In this document: positions 1 to 7,118 of the stretch, in pieces
Layout: every line of letters starts with the position of its first letter
Numbering within the stretch: position 1 is the first letter of the stretch
Assembly (NCBI GenBank): GCA_037305845.1
Contig: CP147778.1
Span: 991,069 to 1,015,068 of the forward strand
From: Candidatus Freyarchaeum deiterrae
GTDB taxonomy: Archaea > Asgardarchaeota > Jordiarchaeia > Jordiarchaeales > Jordiarchaeaceae
Reading direction: 5' to 3'
Length of the DNA: 24,000 nt
Position numbers and translations under genes: made by a program
The notes under the pieces: generated by a model
Told to the model about the DNA's origin: nothing
Seen by the model: only the letters and a program-made list of their open reading frames with translations
Databases searched by the model: none

Positions 1-745
1 GTGAGTAAGGGTCTCTTTTTTTAATTGCGGATTTTACGTCGCCCGGACCTGCTATAATTTCCGCCTCAGGCGGTATACCTATCGGCCATACTTCAAGTTC
101 TCCGGTACAATCCTTATTCAACAGTCCTGGTTTCGCTTTGTGAAATGTTACTGTAACATCAGCCTTAACCACTTTATCATGAATTTGGCCGCTGTCTGGA
201 TCCAACCCTGAGGGTAGATCTACCGCTACTTTAAATGCGTTTGAAGTGTTGAACAGGTCGATGGCTGTAGATAGTGGTTCCTGAATTTTTCCGATAATTC
301 CAGTTCCCAGTATTGCGTCAATTACTACATCAGCGTTTTTGATGGAGTCTCTAATTTTTTTCAAGTCTGAAGAGTCTTTAATCAGAGTTTTCTCTATTGA
401 TAGTATCATTTTTTCCAAGGCGTTCCAGTTTTGCCTAGACTCAGGAGTACGAATTCTACTAGGGTCGCCTAGCAGAACTAAATGTACTTTGGCTCCGAGT
501 GAGGCTAGGTGTCTTGCGGCGACAAAGCCATCTCCACCGTTATTTCCGGTTCCTGAGAGGATAACGATGCTTGTTCCATCCACTTTTCTTCTTTTTAGTA
601 TATTCTCTGCTATTCCTCTTCCGGCGTTTTCCATTAAGAGCGCTCGGGGGATTCCCAAGTATTCCGAATTTTCATCGGCAATTCTCATATCTTCAGCGGA
701 TATAGTTTCCAAACTCCATGCCTCCGCCACTTTATAAGGAAACAT
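1..745 (-). CDS. nnr: NAD(P)H-hydrate epimerase domain (YjeF_N), the N-terminal part of a probably bifunctional Nnr repair enzyme; the 3' end runs off the left window edge
   Basis: Missing from the supplied ORF track because it has no stop inside the window. Manual minus-strand translation from the ATG (complement of 743-745) gives MFPYKVAEAWSLETISAEDMRIADENSEYLGIPRALLMENAGRGIAENILKRRKVDGTSIVILSGTGNNGGDGFVAARHLASLGAKVHLVLLG...ADVVIDAILGTGIIGKIQEP...KVAVDLPSGLDPDSGQ...KKRDPYS. The GTGNNGGDG, DAILGTG and DLPSGLD motifs are the YjeF_N signature. The listed + ORF 339..737 is its antisense shadow. Confidence 0.8.
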   Translation of the reverse strand, partial: MFPYKVAEAWSLETISAEDMRIADENSEYLGIPRALLMENAGRGIAENILKRRKVDGTSIVILSGTGNNGGDGFVAARHLASLGAKVHLVLLGDPSRIRTPESRQNWNALEKMILSIEKTLIKDSSDLKKIRDSIKNADVVIDAILGTGIIGKIQEPLSTAIDLFNTSNAFKVAVDLPSGLDPDSGQIHDKVVKADVTVTFHKAKPGLLNKDCTGELEVWPIGIPPEAEIIAGPGDVKSAIKKRDPYS

Positions 746-805
746 TTTTTTAATCTTCGTTACAGTACTCAAAAGCTTTTTATTCTTTAAAGGTATTTTT
801 CCATT

Positions 806-1429
806 ATGCCACCGAATGTATCGTTAGCGTTAAAGAAGGTAAAAGCGGGTATTAGAACCCCCAAGTTTGATTGCCAGCAATGCGGAACATGCTGTGTAAA
901 GTATGTTATATGCGTAACTCATAAAGACGCTTTTCGAATATCAAAACAAACCGGATTAGATCCTCATGAATTCCTAAATTGCACAATCCCTGAAAAAGGA
1001 GTGGAAGAATCATTTAAGGGTGTTCCGAGATTCATGGGACAAGATGAAAAAAAGTGGATACTGTGCATTAAAGAAAATGAGAAGACTAGCGGTTGTATGT
1101 TTAACAGTTCTGGACCCTGTGGGATTTATCCAGCCCGACCGTATGTATGCCACGCGTTTCCCTTTCTTTGGAGAAGGGACAACGATACAGATGTATTCAC
1201 GTTTAACAAGGACTCTGTGGAGTTTTGCAAGGGTTTGAAAGGAAAGGTGAACAAATACCCCTTTGATGCAGTAGCCAAGGATATGAGAATATCAGAAAAA
1301 GAGGACAAGGAATACGCTCAAATTTGTAAGGAATGGAACGACCGCGTGGAAAAGAAAGAAATAGAGTCTCCTTCATTAGAATCGTTCATCGACTTTATTA
1401 TGAAAAAAGCGTCAGATGAAGGAAATTGA
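806..1429 (+). CDS. YkgJ/UPF0153-family cysteine-cluster protein (CxxCxxCC putative Zn/Fe-chelating domain)
   Basis: 207-aa ORF with CQQCGTCC near the N-terminus and a downstream GCMF...GPCGIYPARPYVCHAFPF pattern typical of the family. Its TGA (1427-1429) overlaps the TTG start of the next gene (1426). Confidence 0.75.
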   Translation: MPPNVSLALKKVKAGIRTPKFDCQQCGTCCVKYVICVTHKDAFRISKQTGLDPHEFLNCTIPEKGVEESFKGVPRFMGQDEKKWILCIKENEKTSGCMFNSSGPCGIYPARPYVCHAFPFLWRRDNDTDVFTFNKDSVEFCKGLKGKVNKYPFDAVAKDMRISEKEDKEYAQICKEWNDRVEKKEIESPSLESFIDFIMKKASDEGN

Positions 1430-2289
1430 CCTATAGAGAATTATACCTCACCCCTCAGAACGTATTCTTGGGAAGGACAACACTCTACAAGGAAGCAAAA
1501 TTTGCACTATTCGGAGTTCCCTTCGACGGAACTTCCTCTTATTTGCCCGGCGCGCGATTTGCCCCCTCAGCCATTAGAGAGGCTTCCCGTAATTTGGAAT
1601 CATTCAGTCTAAGAAGTCTTAAGGATGCAGAGGACGCAAAATTCTGTGACCTAGGAGACATCGACGTGATTCAAGGGGATGTCCACCAGACACTTGACAG
1701 AGTGGAAAAGATAGTAGCGGAATTAAACCATGACAACAAAACGACCATAATGCTGGGTGGCGAACACACCATGACGCTGGGGGTTGTAAGAGGATTGGGG
1801 AAAGATGTGGGAATAATAGATTTTGACGCTCATATGGATTTAATAAGCGGATATTTGGACCAGCAATTAAGTCACGCAACATTCATGAGGAAGATATTGG
1901 ACGAGGGCTCAGAAATTCTTCAAGTAGGAGTAAGATCAATTAACAGAAAAGAATACGAATTTGCCACTCAAAAAAATTGGAATTATGTAACATCTCTCGA
2001 AATTCAAAAAGAAGGAGTGAAGAAAGCTCTGGATAAGATAAAGGAGTTTCAATCAGAAAGAGACCGCATCTACCTAACCATAGATATGGACGTCCTTGAC
2101 CCCGCTTACGCACCCAGTGTGGGAAATCCGGAGCCAGGAGGACTAACTTCATCCCAGTTACTTGATTTACTAGAAGTCTGCGACAAAATTGTAGGATTCG
2201 ATGTAGTAGAAGTAACACATGGAGAACGAATCACCGCTATTACCGCGGCGAAAATAATTTTGGAATTATTATGCTTGACCAAAGTCTAA
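1426..2289 (+). CDS. speB: Agmatinase (arginase/ureohydrolase superfamily)
   Basis: 287 aa carrying the ureohydrolase metal-site motifs GGEHTMTLG, IDFDAHMDL, LTIDMDVLDPAYAPSVGNPEPGGL and GFDVVEV. Size and N-terminus (FGVPFDGTSSYLPGARFAPSAIREAS) fit archaeal agmatinases. A TTG start is required because no ATG precedes the conserved FGVPFD. Confidence 0.85.
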   Translation: MTYRELYLTPQNVFLGRTTLYKEAKFALFGVPFDGTSSYLPGARFAPSAIREASRNLESFSLRSLKDAEDAKFCDLGDIDVIQGDVHQTLDRVEKIVAELNHDNKTTIMLGGEHTMTLGVVRGLGKDVGIIDFDAHMDLISGYLDQQLSHATFMRKILDEGSEILQVGVRSINRKEYEFATQKNWNYVTSLEIQKEGVKKALDKIKEFQSERDRIYLTIDMDVLDPAYAPSVGNPEPGGLTSSQLLDLLEVCDKIVGFDVVEVTHGERITAITAAKIILELLCLTKV

Positions 2290-2332
2290 ATACTGCCCAG
2301 AGCCTAATCCAAAATAAGCAGCCTGATTTATT

Positions 2333-3124
2333 TTATGTCTCAATTTCTTCCAGAGGCTTCATAAACCCAACATCTTTGTGCCTTATATAAACTCGAGGTA
2401 AATTGACCTTTTTTGCCAACCCTAGAAGAAGTTCAACGCTGGGCGACTTTAATTTTTTGAATTCATCACTAAAAGCATTAGCCGGCTCAAATTGTTGCAG
2501 GGTGTAGCTCGCCTCTCTCTTCTCCACTTTAGGGATATATCCGAGATCCCTCAAAACATCTCCTATATTCTCATAGTACCTCTCTTCGCCGTTCAACGTA
2601 GGAATAACAGAAGTTCTCAAATCCGCGTAGCAATGACTCCCGAATACAATCTTTATGGTCTGTATCAGATTTTCAATTATCTTCTCTCCGTCGTCTAATC
2701 CCGTTAATTTGCTATACAGCTCAGGATTATTAAACGGGGCCTTAACATCTATGGAAACCAAGGCGGTCTTACTTACAAGTTCCTTTACACTTTCAGGGAA
2801 AAATCCGTTAGTATCAAATCCGAAAGAGAGACCCTTCTTTTCACAATAATTAGCAATTTCCATAAGAAATTCAGGATAAAGGGTCGGCTCCCCACCAGAA
2901 ACCTTAACCGCTTCAATAAAAGAACTAGCCTTTTCGATTCTTTCAAAAACCCTAGATAACTCAACCTCCCGATCCGAGGTCGCTTCCATCATCCGCCAAT
3001 TGTGACACATAGGACACTGAAACCGGCAGCCCGCAACGAAAACAACCATAGCCGGCTTCTGAGGATAATCAATAGTGCTAAAATCCAAGATCCCATAAAC
3101 ATACGCTTTCACAGAAACCACCAA
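2333..3124 (-). CDS. Radical SAM protein, glycyl-radical-enzyme activase-like (NrdG/PflA family)
   Basis: 263 aa. N-terminus YGILDFSTIDYPQKPAMVVFVAGCRFQCPMCHN contains the CX3CX2C cluster, followed by SGGEPTL and DTNG motifs as in anaerobic RNR / PFL activating enzymes. The start is TTG (3124) or GTG (3121). Confidence 0.8.
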   Translation of the reverse strand: MVVSVKAYVYGILDFSTIDYPQKPAMVVFVAGCRFQCPMCHNWRMMEATSDREVELSRVFERIEKASSFIEAVKVSGGEPTLYPEFLMEIANYCEKKGLSFGFDTNGFFPESVKELVSKTALVSIDVKAPFNNPELYSKLTGLDDGEKIIENLIQTIKIVFGSHCYADLRTSVIPTLNGEERYYENIGDVLRDLGYIPKVEKREASYTLQQFEPANAFSDEFKKLKSPSVELLLGLAKKVNLPRVYIRHKDVGFMKPLEEIET

Positions 3125-3139
3125 TAGGAGTCATAATAG

Positions 3140-3215
3140 AAAAATTCTTTAATAACATAAAACATTTCATAACAACTAATCTAAACCAAGTATTTAAATA
3201 TAATATATTTATTCC
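3140..3215. promoter_or_regulatory. Divergent promoter region with several TATA-like boxes between the radical SAM gene and the AbrB-ACT gene
   Basis: tatttaaatataatatatttatt at 3191-3213 lies about 40-55 nt upstream of the ATG at 3250, with aaaagggg as a possible SD at 3235-3241. ttattaaag/tttatg-like boxes on the minus strand sit about 30-40 nt upstream of 3124. Called on sequence pattern only. Confidence 0.3.
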
Positions 3216-3249
3216 CGTTCTTTGAAAATGAGCAAAAGGGGCTCTAAAT

Positions 3250-3675
3250 ATGGAAAAGCGTGAAAATCCATACCAAGAAACGCAGTTCACAACAATAAAC
3301 TCAAAGAATCGAATTGCACTCCCCCAAAAAATTTGTGAAATGCTAGATATCAAAGAAGGCACCCGATTTCTAGTAATACCAGATAAATCAAAATCCAGAA
3401 TCACACTCTACCCAATAATTCTTGGAAAAGAGAAATTCGCCGAGCTACACATGAAGCTAAGGAACATCCCAGGAGTTTTAGGTAAAGTGGCAACCGAGCT
3501 AGGAAAAATGAACATCAACATCGAATCCAGCATAGTCCCTCCAAGTGCTGAGAAAATAAGTGATTTTTACGCAGTAATCAACTTTGCACAATGCAAACTC
3601 TCAATAGTAGAAGCAGAAGAAAAACTCAGAAAACTCGAAAACATCATCGAAGCCGAAATTATACCAATCGAATAA
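3250..3675 (+). CDS. Small regulator: AbrB/SpoVT-type swapped-hairpin DNA-binding domain fused to a C-terminal ACT-like ligand-binding domain
   Basis: 141 aa. Residues ~13-55 (TTINSKNRIALPQKICEMLDIKEGTRFLVIPD) match the SpoVT/AbrB pattern. Residues ~66-141 (LHMKLRNIPGVLGKVATELGKMNINIESSIV...YAVINF...EEKLRKLENI) match the ACT beta-alpha-beta-beta-alpha-beta pattern. Confidence 0.65.
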   Translation: MEKRENPYQETQFTTINSKNRIALPQKICEMLDIKEGTRFLVIPDKSKSRITLYPIILGKEKFAELHMKLRNIPGVLGKVATELGKMNINIESSIVPPSAEKISDFYAVINFAQCKLSIVEAEEKLRKLENIIEAEIIPIE

Positions 3676-3772
3676 ATAAAAAACGGGAAACCTTGAAAAA
3701 CAGGAAAAAAGTTTTATTCATTCAATAGGGCTAATTCAAAAAACTGAACCAATTTTTTCAGATTATTTATCG

Positions 3773-4513
3773 GTGGTATTATTATTGAAATCAAGCAAAC
3801 GCAAGCATGAGGACGATGAGCTTGTCCCAATCATCCCAAGCGAATTCGAGACAGTTCAGGGCATAGAACATAGGAACACGGGGATACTTTTGGGCTTTGG
3901 GATTACTGCGTTGGCTTTGATTATTTCTTTTTTGTTTGCTTATCGTTATTCCGTTTTGGATTCGACTATGATTATTACTGCGTTGGCTTCTTCTATTTCG
4001 TTTTTTGTTTTTTCACTTAGGACGCGTATTCTTGCTCTTTATCTTACTCATCATGAGTCGATAACCAAAGATAAAACCTTCTTAAAGGATATTTGGAGGT
4101 TGACTTTACGTGCGGATGCTTCTAATGAGGTGGGGTTGGCTTTGATTTTGGTTGGTATTTTTCTTTTTCTGATGATTATTGAGTTGGTGATTCCTGCTGT
4201 TGTTATGATGATAATTTTGAATCTTCTTTTCGGTAGGTGGAGTTTTCAGAGGATGGAGGTGGGTGTGAAGGAGAGGTTTAAGGCTATGCCGCATACTAGG
4301 GCTTTGATATCTAGGTTTAGGAATTTCGCTAGGTTTATGATTGTGTTTACGAGAGTCTGGATTCCGGTCTTTATGACGACGTATTATCTGGTTGCGCAGT
4401 ATTCGGAAATTTTTCCTGCGGATAGTTTTTACTGGGTCTTATTATTTTTGGGTGGGGTAGTTCTCTCGGTTGTTTATGTTTTTAGGACGGAGGAACAAGT
4501 TTCAATCATATGA
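3773..4513 (+). CDS. Hypothetical integral membrane protein (about 6 predicted TM helices)
   Basis: 246-aa ORF with a GTG start. It has a charged N-terminus (KSSKRKHEDDE) followed by long hydrophobic segments (ILLGFGITALALIISFLFAY, VGLALILVGIFLFLMIIELVIPAVVMMIILNLLF, FYWVLLFLGGVVLSVVYVF). I recognise no family. Confidence 0.55.
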   Translation: MVLLLKSSKRKHEDDELVPIIPSEFETVQGIEHRNTGILLGFGITALALIISFLFAYRYSVLDSTMIITALASSISFFVFSLRTRILALYLTHHESITKDKTFLKDIWRLTLRADASNEVGLALILVGIFLFLMIIELVIPAVVMMIILNLLFGRWSFQRMEVGVKERFKAMPHTRALISRFRNFARFMIVFTRVWIPVFMTTYYLVAQYSEIFPADSFYWVLLFLGGVVLSVVYVFRTEEQVSII

Positions 4514-4627
4514 ATTTTCTCTCAAAAGACGGGTTTTCCTTCTTCTTTTGTTGTTTGAATATTTTTACTTGCTTGGGCTTCTTTGTTGTTGATGGAGGAT
4601 TCTTTTGTGGGATGGTTATGGTGTGAA

Positions 4628-4641
4628 TGGGAAAAAATGGT
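4628..4641 (-). terminator. Oligo-T tract (T6 on the minus strand) downstream of cofC; candidate archaeal terminator of the cof operon
   Basis: A6 at 4632-4637 on + equals U6 in the minus-strand transcript, about 35 nt after the cofC stop at 4672. Archaeal termination at oligo-T is established; this site is unverified. Confidence 0.3.
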
Positions 4642-4671
4642 TATTTTTGATGGATTTTTTTTGGGTGGGTT

Positions 4672-5331
4672 TTATTTTTTGGGTTTGTTGGATGTTAATT
4701 CTGTGTTTTGTAGTACTTTGAGTGTTTTCGTGTGGTTGCCGCCGTGGTTAATGAATTTTTTTATGTCTTCGATTTCGTCTAAGTCGAGGGTTACTCTTGG
4801 TGAATTGTAGATTTTTGGTTCTATGTTTATTTTTCGGGATTCGTCGAGGTGTTTTTGGAAGCTGTTTTTTCCGAATTTTGGTTCTATGATTTTGGGTGGG
4901 GTTCTGTAGAGGATGTTTGTTCCTCCGGTTAGTGAGGGTGAGAGGATTACGGTGGGTTTTGTTTTTCCTCTAGTGATTATTGTGTCGATGTCTTGGGGTT
5001 TGATTAGGGGTAGGTCGGCTGGGATGACGAGTGTGGCTTCAGCGTTCATCTTTGTTGTGCTGTATTCGGTGGCTTCTGTTATTGCTTGGTTTATTCCTCG
5101 GGGTTTATCCTCGGGTAGTAGTGTGGCGTTTTTTGGGATGATGCTTTCTATTTCTCTGTCGGAAGTTATCACGATAAGGTGATTTGCCCTTTTGGATGAG
5201 GATACTGCTAGGATCACGTCGGAAAGCATGGCTGTTACTAAACGTTTCCTTAGGTCGTCTGAGATTTCGTTTGCTAGGCGTGATTTGGATTCCGCCAGAC
5301 CTTTGAAAGGAATTATAACGTTTACGTTCAA
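4672..5331 (-). CDS. cofC: 2-phospho-L-lactate (or PEP) guanylyltransferase, F420 biosynthesis
   Basis: 219 aa with N-terminus VIIPFKGLAESKSRL, LVIPADLPL and a GGTN motif, all typical of CofC/FbiD. Operon context with cofD and cofE supports the call. TTG start behind AGAGGAA. Confidence 0.8.
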   Translation of the reverse strand: MNVNVIIPFKGLAESKSRLANEISDDLRKRLVTAMLSDVILAVSSSKRANHLIVITSDREIESIIPKNATLLPEDKPRGINQAITEATEYSTTKMNAEATLVIPADLPLIKPQDIDTIITRGKTKPTVILSPSLTGGTNILYRTPPKIIEPKFGKNSFQKHLDESRKINIEPKIYNSPRVTLDLDEIEDIKKFINHGGNHTKTLKVLQNTELTSNKPKK

Positions 5332-5390
5332 TGTTTTTCCTCTGGGAGGGATTTCTGTGTATAGCTTATTTATATTGCCTACCTAATATT

Positions 5391-6170
5391 TTATGCCTTA
5401 TTTTTTTTTAGGGCGTTCTCAACTTCTAGTGCGAGTTTTCCAACCATTTTGGGGTCGCTGAGTGTGTGTCTCGCGACCGAGACTGCTTGTGCTCCTGCTT
5501 TGAGCATTTTTAGAGCTTTATCTACGCTGTTGACAGAGTTGTTGCCGATTAAGAATGTTTTACTTTTCTTTGATACTCGTCTGATGGTCTCCAAATCTGC
5601 TTGGGGATAACCGGGTTTCATAGCATCGATGTGGAGAGCGTCAACTCCAAGGGATTCCAGAATTTTTGCTAGTGATACATCGTCTACCACATTCGCCCGC
5701 CACTTTACGATTAGTGGAATCTTCAATATTCCTTTCAAACTTTTTATCCATTCTATGAGTTTTTCAGGATTGAAGAGTAGAGCTTCGCCTCCGCCCACCT
5801 GTGTGATTTCCGGTTGTCTGCAATGAGCATTTAGTTCGAAAGCTTCTGCTCCACTGTTTTGTACAATTTCTACCGCCTTTAGCAACCCTTTCTGGGTAGC
5901 CGCCCTAACATTCACTGCTACAGGGGTGGTTCCTTTTTTTGCTATTGCTACCTCTTGAATCAGAAAATTTTCCAGATTACCTAACTCCACGTTAAACTCG
6001 CTTCTTCCACTGGCTTTTATTTTGAGCCCTGCGCTAATTGTTGGAATGTCGAAGTTTATGCCGCCTATTGTAACCATTCCCGCTCCCGCTTTAGCCGCTT
6101 CAAAACAGAATTTGCCATCGCAGATACCAGCCATTGCAGCTAAAATTACAGGGTTTCTAATGCTTATCAT
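5391..6170 (-). CDS. Dus/dihydroorotate-dehydrogenase-like FMN-binding TIM-barrel protein (archaeal NifR3-related type); function unassigned
   Basis: 259 aa with PVILAAMAGICDG (cf. Dus LAPMAGVTD), PVAVNVR, and ELNAHCRQPE in which Cys117 (codon 5820-5822) sits where Dus/DHOD carry the catalytic Cys. LIGNNSV and VSVAR form a phosphate-binding tail. Its ATG overlaps the cofD TGA (ATGA at 6167-6170). Confidence 0.75.
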   Translation of the reverse strand: MISIRNPVILAAMAGICDGKFCFEAAKAGAGMVTIGGINFDIPTISAGLKIKASGRSEFNVELGNLENFLIQEVAIAKKGTTPVAVNVRAATQKGLLKAVEIVQNSGAEAFELNAHCRQPEITQVGGGEALLFNPEKLIEWIKSLKGILKIPLIVKWRANVVDDVSLAKILESLGVDALHIDAMKPGYPQADLETIRRVSKKSKTFLIGNNSVNSVDKALKMLKAGAQAVSVARHTLSDPKMVGKLALEVENALKKNKA

Positions 6171-7111
6171 TTTTCAGCCCCTAATCTTTTTATTACAAGC
6201 TTAGCGAGATTCACTTTATCATTTTCATTCTTCATAATAATATTAGCGCAAAAAACTCTGATACCTAGCGCCCTGATTCTTTCAGTAAGAGCCTCATCAC
6301 AGTTATCTATGAAAATTTCATCTATGAGCCCTTGATAAACAAGGGCGACACCGAAGGAGGATACTTCTACGCCTATTCCGCTCAATAGATTCCCAGCCGG
6401 TCCACTAATTGGTTCACTTCCCACTATGGGGCTGATGCAAATTCTCTTAACTTCAGTGCCTTCCAAGGCTTTCCTTATACCGGGTACACCAAGAATTGGA
6501 TTTATACTGGTGACTGGATTGCTGGGACCGATTATTATCCCATCGGCTTTGTTTATTGATTCGGTTACCCCTGGAGCCGGTTTCGCTTTTTTTATTCCCC
6601 TGAAATTTACGCCTAAGACCTTATCTTTCCCTTTTCTCTTTACCCAGAATTCTTGGAAGGGAAGGGTTCCTTTGTCTGTTTTTACAAAGGTGCTAATTTT
6701 TTCATTGGACATGGGTAGAATTTTCACTTTTATATTGAATGCGCGGCATAGGGAAGCAGCGACTTCGGTGAGGTTGTGCCCTCTCTTAAGTAGCATAGTT
6801 CTGTGGAAATGGGTCGCTAGGTCTCGGTCTCCTACTGAAAACCAATCTTCATATCCGTATCTTTTAATCATATTTAGGAAGTGGAAGGTGTCTTCTTTGA
6901 TTCCCCAGAACTTGTTTTCGTCGAGGAGACCTGCCAGAAGGTAGACAGCCGTGTCTAGATCCGGGCTGACGTATAGACCCAGCCATTCAAAGTCGTCAGC
7001 CGTGTTAACTATAATTGTTAATTCTTCAGGTTTTAAGAGAGTAAGGAGTCCCTGAACGAGTTTAAGACTGCCTGTTCCCCCGGACAGTACGGTTATCATT
7101 GTTTCACTCAC
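6167..7111 (-). CDS. cofD: 2-phospho-L-lactate transferase (LPPG:FO transferase)
   Basis: 314 aa with ITVLSGGTGSLKLVQGL, NTADDFEWLGLYVSPDLDT and GDRDLATHFHRT, all CofD hallmarks. The track start is a GTG at 7111. An ATG at 7099 (MITVLSGG) behind GAGTGAGTGA is a plausible alternative. Confidence 0.9.
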   Translation of the reverse strand: MSETMITVLSGGTGSLKLVQGLLTLLKPEELTIIVNTADDFEWLGLYVSPDLDTAVYLLAGLLDENKFWGIKEDTFHFLNMIKRYGYEDWFSVGDRDLATHFHRTMLLKRGHNLTEVAASLCRAFNIKVKILPMSNEKISTFVKTDKGTLPFQEFWVKRKGKDKVLGVNFRGIKKAKPAPGVTESINKADGIIIGPSNPVTSINPILGVPGIRKALEGTEVKRICISPIVGSEPISGPAGNLLSGIGVEVSSFGVALVYQGLIDEIFIDNCDEALTERIRALGIRVFCANIIMKNENDKVNLAKLVIKRLGAEK

Positions 7112-7118
7112 TCTCTGT

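Noticed and set aside
339-737. 132-aa + strand ORF in the supplied track
   Set aside because: It is antisense to a much better minus-strand reading frame with clear YjeF_N/Nnr motifs (GTGNNGGDG, DAILGTG). Its own translation is low-complexity and matches no family.
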